DNA of 64,000 nucleotides from Chloroflexota bacterium (GTDB lineage: Bacteria; Chloroflexota; Dehalococcoidia; Lucifugimonadales; JACPQL01): the NCBI GenBank assembly GCA_016190445.1, contig JACPQL010000008.1:3139-67138 (forward strand), written 5' to 3'. The notes under the pieces are model-generated. The model saw only the letters and a program-made list of their open reading frames with translations. It was not told the origin of the DNA and did not search any database. Within the stretch, counting starts at the first letter, position 1; every line of letters starts with the position of its first letter. A program made the translations under genes and the position numbers. Shown here in pieces: positions 19,519-28,529 of the stretch.

Positions 19519-19582
19519 AGTTGAAACTTTTAGGATGTGCAAACCGGGGGCGAAGCGGTGACCCCCGTTAAGGAGATATCCT

Positions 19583-19819
19583 ATGACAACGTACCAGGAG
19601 CCAGGCATGGCGGTCGCGGAAGCGCCCCGCTGCACCCACTACTGGGTCATTGAGACACCCGCAGGCGCCTCCAGCAGGGGGAGGTGCCGCCTGTGCGGCC
19701 AGGAGCGGGAGTTCCAGAACTTCCTGGCGGACGCCCGCTGGGATGACACCAGGGCCCCAGAAGCGCCCATCCTGGCCAGGCCAACTCAAGGACTGTCTGA
19801 AACGACAGAAGAGGAATAA
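19583..19819 (+). CDS. Small hypothetical protein with a putative zinc-ribbon (C-x-H ... C-x2-C)
   Basis: 78-aa ORF with an AGGAG RBS 8 nt upstream. Contains RCTHYWVIE...GRCRLCG. No family assignment possible by eye. Confidence 0.5.
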   Translation: MTTYQEPGMAVAEAPRCTHYWVIETPAGASSRGRCRLCGQEREFQNFLADARWDDTRAPEAPILARPTQGLSETTEEE

Positions 19820-19892
19820 GTCCCGTCTTTCAGCATAGGAATCGTCCCGGCCCACCCCGGTTGGGGTGGGCCGACTTGTTGAGGAGCGGAGA

Positions 19893-20282
19893 TCAAGGAG
19901 TGCGAGCCCGCCGCACCTGCACCGCCGCCTCTCCCGTATAGGCCCCCTTGATGGGTGGGCCGGGCTTCGCCACCCGAACGCGGACCGCCTGTGCCAGAGG
20001 GAAATCCGAAAGCAGGCGACTGGCCGCCGCCTGGGCCACAGCCTCCAGCAAGTTGCGTGGCTCCCCCTCCACCACCTCCCGCACCACCCGATATACCCGG
20101 GAGTAGCTAATGGTGTCGCTGATATCATCGGTGACGCCCGCCCGATGCAGGTCCGCCTCCAGCGCCACGTCCACCGTGAACCGCTGCCCCAGAGCGCGCT
20201 CCTCCGGCCGGGTGCCGTGGTAAGCGAAAAAGGTCATGCCGGTCAGGATGACGGCATCGGCCTCTTTGTCCAACTCAAACAC
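19893..20282 (-). CDS. folB: Dihydroneopterin aldolase
   Basis: 129 aa. GMTFFAYHGTRPEERALGQRFTVDV and ISYSRVYRVV blocks are typical of FolB. Confidence 0.85.
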   Translation of the reverse strand: MFELDKEADAVILTGMTFFAYHGTRPEERALGQRFTVDVALEADLHRAGVTDDISDTISYSRVYRVVREVVEGEPRNLLEAVAQAAASRLLSDFPLAQAVRVRVAKPGPPIKGAYTGEAAVQVRRARTP

Positions 20283-20298
20283 TACCAGACGCCCCCGT

Positions 20299-21297
20299 TC
20301 ACCCTCGCCCCTGGCTCTCCCGCCTGCCTATAGCTTCGGACAGCGCCAGCAAGCTGCGGGCCCGCTTCACCATCGGCACATCTATCACCTTGCCGTCAAC
20401 GGAGGTGGACCCCCGGCCCTGGGCTTCGGCCTCGTCCCACGCCTTGAGCACCCGGCGGGCGTACTCCACCTCCTGAGCATCGGGTGTGAAGATGCGGTTG
20501 ATGGGCTCTATCTGAGAGGGATGAATAGCGAACTTGCCTTTGTACCCGAGGTTCCGGGCCAGGCGAGTATCCCGCTCCAGTCCCTCCGGGTCCCGAAAGT
20601 TGACGTAGGGGGTATCCAGGGCCAGCACATCGGCAGCCCGCGCTGCCACGGCCACCACCGACCGGGCATAGAGGAACTCGGTGCCCTGGTCCGTCCTCTC
20701 CATGTCCATGTCGTCGGTGAAGTCCTCCGCACCCAGCGCCACCGCCACCACCCGGGGCGAGGCCGAGCACAGCTCGTAGGCGAACACTATGGCCCGGGCA
20801 TTCTCCAGCCATAGGGCCAGGCGCGTCTGGCCATCGGGCACTCCAGCGCGGCCCTCCATTTCGCCGATGAGAACCGACACTTGACGCACGTCCCGGGCCG
20901 ACTCCAGTTTGCCGATGCTGATGCCGTAGGTGTGATGGCCGATGACGGCCGCCAGGTCATCCCTGGCCAGGCCGGTGGACAGGGCATTGACCCGGGGGAT
21001 GACGCGCCTGCCGCCCTGGGCCAGGATAGGTAGAAGCCCCTGCACCACCCGCCGGGCGTTCTCCTTTTCTCCCGCGGGGACCGAGTCCTCCAGGTCGGGA
21101 ACCAGGGCGTCGGCGGGCAGGTTCAATGCCTTCTGCAACATCTCCCGCCTGTTGCCCGGCACAAACAGCAGACTTCGTAAGGCTTCCACCGCTCTCTCCT
21201 CCCATTCGCAATAGCTGAGGGGCGGGGTAAAGCTGCCTGCCCCGGCGCCATCAATGGCACCACCGTGCATGGCAAGGAAGCGCCAACGGCGCCACAT
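20299..21297 (-). CDS. HpcH/HpaI aldolase / citrate lyase beta (CitE)-like acyl-CoA lyase
   Basis: LRSLLFVPGNRREMLQKALNLPADALVPDLEDSVP, then GAEDFT and KFAIHPSQI blocks. The true start may be internal. Confidence 0.8.
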   Translation of the reverse strand: MWRRWRFLAMHGGAIDGAGAGSFTPPLSYCEWEERAVEALRSLLFVPGNRREMLQKALNLPADALVPDLEDSVPAGEKENARRVVQGLLPILAQGGRRVIPRVNALSTGLARDDLAAVIGHHTYGISIGKLESARDVRQVSVLIGEMEGRAGVPDGQTRLALWLENARAIVFAYELCSASPRVVAVALGAEDFTDDMDMERTDQGTEFLYARSVVAVAARAADVLALDTPYVNFRDPEGLERDTRLARNLGYKGKFAIHPSQIEPINRIFTPDAQEVEYARRVLKAWDEAEAQGRGSTSVDGKVIDVPMVKRARSLLALSEAIGRRESQGRG

Positions 21298-21355
21298 CTA
21301 GCTGGCGCAAGTATACCACAGGTGCAACGGAGGACACGTTGACACCCTTGAGGAC

Positions 21356-22162
21356 GTGTGCTATACATGCCGCACTTTGCAGCACCACTGTGAGGGGAGG
21401 CACACTTTGCCAGCCCAGGTCAGTGTCATTGGAATAGGTGGAGTCCCCGAGGTACAGCCTGGGAACGACCTGGCGGCTCTTGTCACTGAGGCAGCGACAA
21501 GACAGAGGACCCCCCTGGCCAGTGGAGACGTGCTTGTAGTGAGCCAGAAGGTGGTCTCCAAGGCCGAGGGGCGCGTGGTGGACTTAAAGAGCGTCACGCC
21601 ATCGCCCTTTGCCCTGGAGGTGGCCCGCACCTGGCAGAAGGACCCAAGGCATGTGGAGGTGGTGCTCAGGGAGGCGCGGCGGATAGTGCGCATGGACCAG
21701 GGTATCATCATCACGGAGACCCATCACGGCTTCCGCTGTGCCAACTCCGGGGTGGACGCATCCAACGTGCCTGGCGAGGAGACCGTCACCCTGCTGCCCG
21801 TGCACCCAGACGCCTCCGCCGAAGCCATCCGCCGAGGGGTGCGCCAGCTTGCAGCGGTGGATGTGGCGGTGATCGTGTCCGACACCTTCGGTCGGCCATG
21901 GCGTGAGGGAGCGGTGAACGTGGCCATCGGCGTGGCGGGGCTGGAGCCGCTGGTGGACTATAGAGGCCGCCTGGATACTTGTGGAAAGAGGCTTCAGACT
22001 ACGGTCATCGCCGTGGCCGACGAGCTGGCCGCGGCGGCGGAACTGGTCACGGGCAAGCTGGAGAAGGTACCTGCGGCCCTGGTACGGGGATACACTTTCC
22101 GACCTTCGCCAGGAGGCGTCGGCCCCCTCTTGCGAGAGCCATCCCGGGACCTGTTCCGGTGA
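21356..22162 (+). CDS. cofE: Coenzyme F420-0:L-glutamate ligase
   Basis: VIGIGGVPEVQPGNDLAALV, VVSQKVVSKAEGR, ANSGVDASN and SDTFGRPWREG blocks. The start codon is uncertain and may lie a little downstream. Confidence 0.8.
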   Translation: MCYTCRTLQHHCEGRHTLPAQVSVIGIGGVPEVQPGNDLAALVTEAATRQRTPLASGDVLVVSQKVVSKAEGRVVDLKSVTPSPFALEVARTWQKDPRHVEVVLREARRIVRMDQGIIITETHHGFRCANSGVDASNVPGEETVTLLPVHPDASAEAIRRGVRQLAAVDVAVIVSDTFGRPWREGAVNVAIGVAGLEPLVDYRGRLDTCGKRLQTTVIAVADELAAAAELVTGKLEKVPAALVRGYTFRPSPGGVGPLLREPSRDLFR

Positions 22163-22171
22163 GGAGAACAG

Positions 22172-22576
22172 CTACTTGGAGCCAAAGGTGCGGCGCAGCC
22201 ATTGCCAAAAAGAGGGGTTCGGGTCCTCAATGATTCGCCCGCGCCACCGCTTCTCCATGAAGAAGCGCGGCTTGGCAAAGAAGGCTATGTACGCCAGTAC
22301 CAGCAGGCCCACACCAGCCCATGCCGCTGGCCCCGCCGCAGGCGGGAACAGTGCCCGTAGGACGACTGCGGCCACCAAGAGAGCCAGGCCAGCCACCATC
22401 AGCAGCCCGGGGGAAGGGGGCCAGCCACCACCAGGCAGCCGTATGAATCCCTTCCTCGAACTCTTGCGCTTGGGTCGCCCCTGCTGGCCCACCTTGGCCG
22501 GCGCATCGCCGCCTCTGGGCGAGCTATCCGCCCGCCTCAGTATCTCCTCAATCTCGCGCTGGTATCGCTGTGCCAT
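22172..22576 (-). CDS. Hypothetical membrane protein
   Basis: 134 aa. Charged N-terminus followed by two hydrophobic helices. No recognisable family. Confidence 0.45.
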   Translation of the reverse strand: MAQRYQREIEEILRRADSSPRGGDAPAKVGQQGRPKRKSSRKGFIRLPGGGWPPSPGLLMVAGLALLVAAVVLRALFPPAAGPAAWAGVGLLVLAYIAFFAKPRFFMEKRWRGRIIEDPNPSFWQWLRRTFGSK

Positions 22577-22735
22577 GGTTCCTACCCCCGACGGCCCGCC
22601 CTACACCAAGACACCGACCGCGGTACGAGTATATGAGGTGACACCTACTAATTCCGCTCGGGGTCAGTTGCCATCACGGACGCCTACGCTGTAGGCTGCT
22701 ACGGCAACCACCACCCCCACCCGCAACAACACCCC

Positions 22736-23431
22736 ATGGACGACGAACAGCACCAGACCATAAAACAGTATACCACATGGCTAGACAAGGGTGACATCTA
22801 CACCCAGCACTTCCGGTTTGTCCTGTCACCCCTGGCGCGACCTCTGCTCCACCCGCCCCTGGCACGCATGGCCCGCCGCCTGGACATTGGCCCCGGAGAC
22901 AGGGTGCTGGATGTGGGGTGCGGCAGGGGCAGCGTCCTGGAGTACATCCGCCACACAGTGCCTCTGGACCTGGCCCCCGTTGGAGTGGACGTGACCCACG
23001 CCCTGCTGGGGATGGCCAGGCGCACCTTCCTGGGTAGTGATGGCAAGAACGGCTGGGCACCTCACCTCTCCCGGGCCAGCAGTACATATCTCCCCTTTCC
23101 AGGAGAGGTCTTCGATGTGGTGCTGTGCTCCTACATGGTGAAGCACCTGAACGACGATGACACACGCCGCATGGCGGCTGAGGTCTGCCGGGTGCTGCGA
23201 CCGGGGGGCAGATTCCTGATATGGGAGTTCGCCCCTTCGCGCCTTGACCTCCTGACGCGCCTGTACCGGAGGGTGTTCTCTGTGGAGGTGAAGGCGGTGT
23301 ACCTGCGACACCATCAGGAGCTCGCGCCGCTAGTGGCCCGCGGTGGGTTCAGGGATGTCCGCCGTTTTCCCCTCGGTCCCACACTCTATCCACCCATCCC
23401 TCGGGTGGGAGTGCTGGCGGTAAAGGGCTAA
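22736..23431 (+). CDS. Class I SAM-dependent methyltransferase
   Basis: Motif I VLDVGCGRGS, then a post-I acidic residue and an LRPGGRFLIWEF block. Confidence 0.8.
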   Translation: MDDEQHQTIKQYTTWLDKGDIYTQHFRFVLSPLARPLLHPPLARMARRLDIGPGDRVLDVGCGRGSVLEYIRHTVPLDLAPVGVDVTHALLGMARRTFLGSDGKNGWAPHLSRASSTYLPFPGEVFDVVLCSYMVKHLNDDDTRRMAAEVCRVLRPGGRFLIWEFAPSRLDLLTRLYRRVFSVEVKAVYLRHHQELAPLVARGGFRDVRRFPLGPTLYPPIPRVGVLAVKG

Positions 23432-23522
23432 GCAGGCCTCCTGCACTTTCCGCCCCCCCCACCACTACCGGGGAAGTACCATTGTACCCCACCCCATAGG
23501 CGAGAGGGGGTGGAAATACGCC

Positions 23523-24944
23523 GTGAAGTGTGGTACAAATGGCGGTGCACTGCCACGGTCCCTGGTTGCGAGTCACAGTGCTGGGAGGCTTATGCGCGCG
23601 CTTGTGCCAACAGCGATCGGCGCCGCGATAGCAGGCTGGGGCGGCGCCTTCCTGCGCCTTCGACAACGGCTTCCGGCACCTCTGGGCAGCCGCTCTGGAG
23701 GGAATGGGAGCACCCCACTTCACCATCTCATCTGGTTCGACGTTGACACCCACGACGTGCCCGACCTGGACCACCTGGCCGGTGCCCTGCTGGCGGCGGC
23801 AACCCAGGCCACAAGAGCCCAGGGCGCATTGCTCATGTTGCCGGACGGCTCGCGACGGGGCCTGGTGGTGCACTCCTCTCGCTGCATGGAGTGCCAGCCA
23901 GGAAGGCTCTGGCGGGGTAATCCTGTGGTGACGTGGCTGGTGGAGCAGGACTGCCCCGTGACCCTGCGCCAGGTCATGGCCCTGCCCCAATGGCAGGGAC
24001 TACCCGCACAAGAACGCACTGCCCTCAACCTCCCCGCCTCCAGCCTCCTGGTGCCCGCGCGCCGCGGCGATGTGCTGTCGGCCCTCCTGGTGCTGGCCCC
24101 CAGGGCTGACGGAGTGCCCTATTCCCAAGATGACTCGGAGCTGGTCAATGCACTGACCCGGCAGGGAGCCGCCCGTATTGAACTCGCCCGCCTCTCCAGC
24201 CAGCTTCGGGCCCGGCTGCGTGACCTGGAGCAGGCGCAGGGCCAGGTCGAGCAGTCCGCCAAGCTGGCCGCCGTGGGGCAACTGGCCGCCGGGGTGGCCC
24301 ACGAGGCCAACAACCCCCTTCAGACGATCATGAACCTGGCCTACCTGCTGGCCCAGGACCTGGACGGCGGCCCCCTTGGCCAGGATGCCTGGCGCATCCT
24401 CCAGGAAGCCCAGCGTGCCACGAACACCCTGCGGGGCCTCCTGGACCTGGCCCGCCAGGCGCGAGGCTCACCCCGGCAGGTGGACGTGAACGCTCTGCTA
24501 AGCTCCGTGGCCTCCAGGGTGCGCACTTTCCACCAGGATGCACCACTAGACATGGTGACCTCCCTGGACCCGGACCTGCCCTTGGTGTGGGCGGACGAGG
24601 GGGAGCTCCGGCAGGTCTTCGGCAACCTGGTTAGCAACGCCCTGGACGCCATGCCCCAGGGGGGCTCCGTGACCATCACCACGCGCCGTCACGGAGCGAA
24701 CGTCTTGGTCAGCATCACCGACACGGGAGTGGGCATACCTCCCGAGGCGCTGGAGCGTATCTTTGAACCGCTGTACACCACCAAGCCCCCAGGCCAGGGG
24801 ACAGGCCTGGGCCTGGCCGTGAGCCAGGACATAGTGCAGCGCTGTGGAGGCAACATCCAGGCCACCAGCACGCCTGGCCGGGGCAGCACCTTCTCCGTCA
24901 CCCTGCCTGTGGCCGAGCCCGAGAGAGTGAGACGCATTGGCTAA
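23523..24944 (+). CDS. Sensor histidine kinase (GAF-like sensor, HisKA, HATPase_c)
   Basis: H-box AAGVAHEANNPLQ, N-box NLVSNALDAM, G-boxes DTGVGIP and GTGLGLA. The start may instead be the ATG at 23592. Confidence 0.85.
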   Translation: MKCGTNGGALPRSLVASHSAGRLMRALVPTAIGAAIAGWGGAFLRLRQRLPAPLGSRSGGNGSTPLHHLIWFDVDTHDVPDLDHLAGALLAAATQATRAQGALLMLPDGSRRGLVVHSSRCMECQPGRLWRGNPVVTWLVEQDCPVTLRQVMALPQWQGLPAQERTALNLPASSLLVPARRGDVLSALLVLAPRADGVPYSQDDSELVNALTRQGAARIELARLSSQLRARLRDLEQAQGQVEQSAKLAAVGQLAAGVAHEANNPLQTIMNLAYLLAQDLDGGPLGQDAWRILQEAQRATNTLRGLLDLARQARGSPRQVDVNALLSSVASRVRTFHQDAPLDMVTSLDPDLPLVWADEGELRQVFGNLVSNALDAMPQGGSVTITTRRHGANVLVSITDTGVGIPPEALERIFEPLYTTKPPGQGTGLGLAVSQDIVQRCGGNIQATSTPGRGSTFSVTLPVAEPERVRRIG

Positions 24945-25848
24945 GGGCCAAGTCCTGATCATTGAGGACGAGGAGATCGTCAGGGACTCCATGCGGCGTG
25001 TGCTGGCCGACGCGGGGTACCACGCGGATGCGGTGCCCTCCGCGGCGGCAGGGCTTAGCCGCCTGGCGCACCAGGCGTACGACCTGCTGCTGGTGGACAT
25101 GAAGCTACCCAACACCGATGGGCTGGCCTTCCTACGCGAGGTGAGGGCAAGGGACCCGCTCATGGGCGCGGTGGTGGTAACCGGCTATGGGACGCTGGAG
25201 GACTCCTCTCGGGCCATGGAGCTGGGGGCGCTGGGGTTTGTCCTCAAGCCCGCCTCGCCACAGCGACTGCTTGCGGTGGTGGAAGACGCTATCCACCGCC
25301 AGCGCGTGGCAGAGGAGACCCACCGCACCCGCGCCTTGGCCCTGTTGCTGGACCTGAGCCGACTGGCTGCCCGGGAGAGCGACGCGGAGCGCCTGCTGAC
25401 CACGACGCTGAACGTGCTCGACAGTTATGCGGGGGCTACTCGGTCAGCGGTGCTGCTGCTGGACGAGACCGCAAGCTCCCTCAGGCGCGTCAACTCTCGG
25501 AACGTGGGCGGGTTCAATGGCCTGAGCCCCTACGCCTCGGCCCAGCTCGTTCAGCGGTGGCTCCACCAGCCCGACCCGGTGCTCTTTCCAACGGAGGGCG
25601 TCCACTCTCTTGCACTGGCGGAGCGGGAGCTGGCCTCGGCGGGCATCTCCAGGGGCATCTGCGCTCCCCTGGTGGCCCTGGGGCAGGTGATGGGAGCCCT
25701 GGTCCTGGGCATAGGCGCCAGCCATCCAGGGCTGCGGGGGAGCGACGTGGGGTTTCTCACCGTGGCCTGCGGCATCCTGGCGAACGCCGCCCATGCCCGC
25801 CAGCTTGCGGCCAGAGCCGCCGCAGAGGCCACAGAAGGAGTCGCCTAA
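24937..25848 (+). CDS. Response regulator with C-terminal GAF-like domain
   Basis: REC domain (VLIIEDEE...DLLLVDMKLPNTDG...VVVTGYG). TTG start overlapping the kinase stop by 8 nt. Confidence 0.8.
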   Translation: MAKGQVLIIEDEEIVRDSMRRVLADAGYHADAVPSAAAGLSRLAHQAYDLLLVDMKLPNTDGLAFLREVRARDPLMGAVVVTGYGTLEDSSRAMELGALGFVLKPASPQRLLAVVEDAIHRQRVAEETHRTRALALLLDLSRLAARESDAERLLTTTLNVLDSYAGATRSAVLLLDETASSLRRVNSRNVGGFNGLSPYASAQLVQRWLHQPDPVLFPTEGVHSLALAERELASAGISRGICAPLVALGQVMGALVLGIGASHPGLRGSDVGFLTVACGILANAAHARQLAARAAAEATEGVA

Positions 25849-26324
25849 CAACCTGCTGAAAAAGGGGTGTGCACAGGGGCAAAGCCCTGGAGCTTGCCCT
25901 GAGCGCAGCCGAAGGGCCACACCCCACCAGCTTGCCACGGCCCCCGATCTGATCGGGGGCCTCGCAAAGACGAGCAAACGTATTCCGTCGTTGCGAGCGA
26001 GAGTTCGAGCGAAGCAATCTGGAGGAGTGGGGGCAATCCTTCTTCGTGCGTCACAAATTGGGGGAAGTCTACTTTCATCCGTACCGGTGCTCTTGCAAGA
26101 GCATCACCGATTCTGAGGAGTCGGTTGAACTCCTCGGCCTGCAACACCATTCCGCCGACGAAACGCCTGGGGTGGGGCTAGTGCCTCCTAGATAGCCTTC
26201 GCCACCCCAGACCCTGAGTCCCGATTGCATCGGGACTCAGGGTGACATGTGGAAAGCGACTTTTGAGGCAACCCCCTCTGGCGGGAGAGGGGGAGCAAGG
26301 GGGTGAGGGCTTTCGAGGAAGCTC
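25849..26324. repeat. 476-nt non-coding gap made of concatenated REP-like hairpin units
   Basis: Several perfect hairpins: ggcccccgat-ctg-atcgggggcc, the palindrome gctcttgcaagagc, a 15-bp stem at 26211-26243, and ccccctct-ggcggg-agaggggg. Most units recur elsewhere in the window. Confidence 0.75.
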
Positions 26325-27362
26325 CTATGGCCCCAGGGTGACTGTTCGTCCAGTGCGCTGCGACTCCAGCATGGCCAGCGTTACCTGGGCCACCTTGAGC
26401 CCGTCCCACCCGGAGGCGCTCGGTTCCTCCCCACGCTCAACGCACTGGCCAAAGGCCTCCACCATGCCCCGGTACATGGCAGTGTCGTGGGGCCCGTAAG
26501 ACTCGTGCCTGGTGAGCGACTGGCTCACCACCTCCAGTTCCCCCATCAGAGTGGTGCTCACGCTTCCATAGCACGCCAGACGGCCCAGGCTGCCGTACAG
26601 CACCACATCGTTGCGGGGGTCCGGGATGCGCCTGCTGGAGTGGACTGTGGCCAGGGCGCCACCCCGGAAGCGGAGCAGCAGAGTAGCCACGTGCTCCAGC
26701 GGGCGCTCTGGCCGCTGGCCGTCGGTGAGGGCAGCCACCTGCACCACCTCCTGGCCCAGCAGGTAGCGCAAGAGGTCCACGGCATGCACCCCGGAGCCCA
26801 TGAAGGCACCCGCCCCCACCAGGTCAGGGTCCTCCCACCACCTCTGAAGCTCGGAGCGCGGCGGGGGCTCCGTCTGGCCCCGGACGCCTCCGGCGAACTG
26901 GGCTTGGGCCAGCGCCACCTCGCCGATGGTCCCGGATCTGAGCATCTCCCTCATCTCTTGGTGGCCCGGGTGGTGGCGCAGGTGAAAGCAGACGCCCAGC
27001 CTCACGTTGTGGCGCTGGCACCCCTCCACCATGCGACGACAGTCCTCCATGGTCAGCGCCATGGGCTTCTCGCACAGCACGTGCTTCCCCGCCTGGGCCG
27101 CCTTCAGTGTCTGCTCCGCGTGAAGGGCATTGGGCGAGGCGATGTACACCGCGTCCACGCTGGAGTCCCTCAGCATGGCATCGTAGGAGTCGTAGGCGGT
27201 AGCACGGCCCTCCGTGTGCCGCTTGGAGAAGTCCCTGGCGCGGCCCAGGTCACGGCTCACCACCGCTGCCAGCCCGGCGTTAGAGGCAGAGGTTATGGCT
27301 GGGGCCATCTTGTTGTTAGAATGTCGCCCCGGGCCGACGATGGCCCACCGCAGCATAGCCAT
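26325..27362 (-). CDS. Gfo/Idh/MocA family oxidoreductase
   Basis: Rossmann N-terminus LRWAIVGPGRHSNNKMAP, then the EKPMALT motif. Start trimmed to ATG 27362, behind an AGGAGG RBS. The upstream part of the ORF runs through a REP unit. Confidence 0.85.
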   Translation of the reverse strand: MAMLRWAIVGPGRHSNNKMAPAITSASNAGLAAVVSRDLGRARDFSKRHTEGRATAYDSYDAMLRDSSVDAVYIASPNALHAEQTLKAAQAGKHVLCEKPMALTMEDCRRMVEGCQRHNVRLGVCFHLRHHPGHQEMREMLRSGTIGEVALAQAQFAGGVRGQTEPPPRSELQRWWEDPDLVGAGAFMGSGVHAVDLLRYLLGQEVVQVAALTDGQRPERPLEHVATLLLRFRGGALATVHSSRRIPDPRNDVVLYGSLGRLACYGSVSTTLMGELEVVSQSLTRHESYGPHDTAMYRGMVEAFGQCVERGEEPSASGWDGLKVAQVTLAMLESQRTGRTVTLGP

Positions 27363-27417
27363 GGGCACCCTCCTGCTATTCCCTGAGGTTTGTGAAACAA
27401 TGGGGCGACGCATCACC

Positions 27418-27444
27418 GTCATTCCGGCGGAGGCCGGAATCCAG
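27418..27444. repeat. Short palindromic REP unit (gtcattccggcggaggccggaatccag)
   Basis: Hairpin ttccggc-ggag-gccggaa. This repeat type is common in bacterial intergenic DNA. Confidence 0.5.
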
Positions 27445-27587
27445 CGACGCCGGACGTGTTCTGCGCACGCAGTATACAACTATCGCCTGACGGGTTCCGG
27501 CTTTCGCCAGAACGACGAGGGCAGGGCGACTTACTCACAAGCTCTGAAGGGGCTGGCACTCATCCCCGGAAGGCCTCCGCCCCGGCC

Positions 27588-28514
27588 TCAGGAGTGCTCC
27601 CCAGTCAGGTAGCGGTATGCCGAGAGCGCGGCCACGATGCCGTCGCCCACAGCGGAGCCAAGCTGGCGGTCCGAGAACTGCCGGACGTCGCCACAGGCAA
27701 AGACACCGGGCACCGAGGTGGCCATGCGCAGATCAGCCACCACGTGGCCCCCGTTGTCCATGGCCAACAAGCCCTTCAGGAAGGCGGTGTTGGGATGGAA
27801 GCCGATGTAGATGAAGATGCCGCCAGTCTTCATCTGGGACGTCTCGCCAGTCCTCACGTCCTCCAGGGAGAGCCCCTCCACCGAGCCGTTCCCGTGGATC
27901 TGCTTCACCACCGTGTTCCATTGGAACCGCACCTTGGGGTCTTCAAGAGCGCGCTGCTGGAGTATCCTGCTCGCCCGGAGCTGGTCGCGGCGGTGGACCA
28001 CCGTGACGCTGCTGACCATGCGGGTGAGGTACAGGCCCTCCTCCAGGGCAGAGTCTCCACCACCCACCACTACCACGTCCATATCGCGAAAGAAGTTGCC
28101 ATCACAGGTGGCGCAGTAGGAGACGCCGCGGCCAGCGTACTCCTCCTCCCCCGGGACCCCCAGCTTGTTGTGCTCGCCTCCGGTAGCGATGATGACTGCC
28201 CGGGCCGTGTACTCCCCCTCGGCGCCCTTGACCCGCTTGACCGGGCCCGCCACATCCAGGGACTCCACCTCGTCCAGCTTGATCTGAGCGCCGAAACGGC
28301 GGGCCTGTTCCTCGTAGAGCTGGGCCAGATCAGGGCCCTGGACGCCCTTAGGAAAGCCCGGGTAATTCTCGATGTCGCCCGTTAACAGGATCTGCCCGCC
28401 GCACGCAATCCTCTCCAGGACCACTGTTTTCAGCATTGCCCGCACCGAGTATAAGGCCGCGCTCAGCCCCGCGGCGCCCCCGCCCACTATCACCACGTCG
28501 TACTCAGGGTCCAT
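27588..28514 (-). CDS. trxB: Thioredoxin-disulfide reductase
   Basis: GGGAAG FAD motif, redox-active CATCDG, GGGDSALEE NADPH motif. Confidence 0.9.
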   Translation of the reverse strand: MDPEYDVVIVGGGAAGLSAALYSVRAMLKTVVLERIACGGQILLTGDIENYPGFPKGVQGPDLAQLYEEQARRFGAQIKLDEVESLDVAGPVKRVKGAEGEYTARAVIIATGGEHNKLGVPGEEEYAGRGVSYCATCDGNFFRDMDVVVVGGGDSALEEGLYLTRMVSSVTVVHRRDQLRASRILQQRALEDPKVRFQWNTVVKQIHGNGSVEGLSLEDVRTGETSQMKTGGIFIYIGFHPNTAFLKGLLAMDNGGHVVADLRMATSVPGVFACGDVRQFSDRQLGSAVGDGIVAALSAYRYLTGEHS

Positions 28515-28529
28515 CTGTGCCCCCTCTGT

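Noticed and set aside
19541-19570. A 5'-UTR hairpin (cggggg-N11-cccccg) upstream of the small zinc-ribbon ORF, considered as a small riboswitch (for example preQ1-like).
   Set aside because: It is too short and lacks the A-rich tail or pseudoknot consensus of known small riboswitches. It is recorded only as a leader hairpin.
25849-26324. Possible CRISPR array, because of the many short repeats. The same question arose for 36444-36679, 47000-47232 and 49477-49948.
   Set aside because: The repeats are heterogeneous hairpin units, not one direct repeat at regular 60-70-nt periodicity with unique spacers. No cas genes are present in the window.
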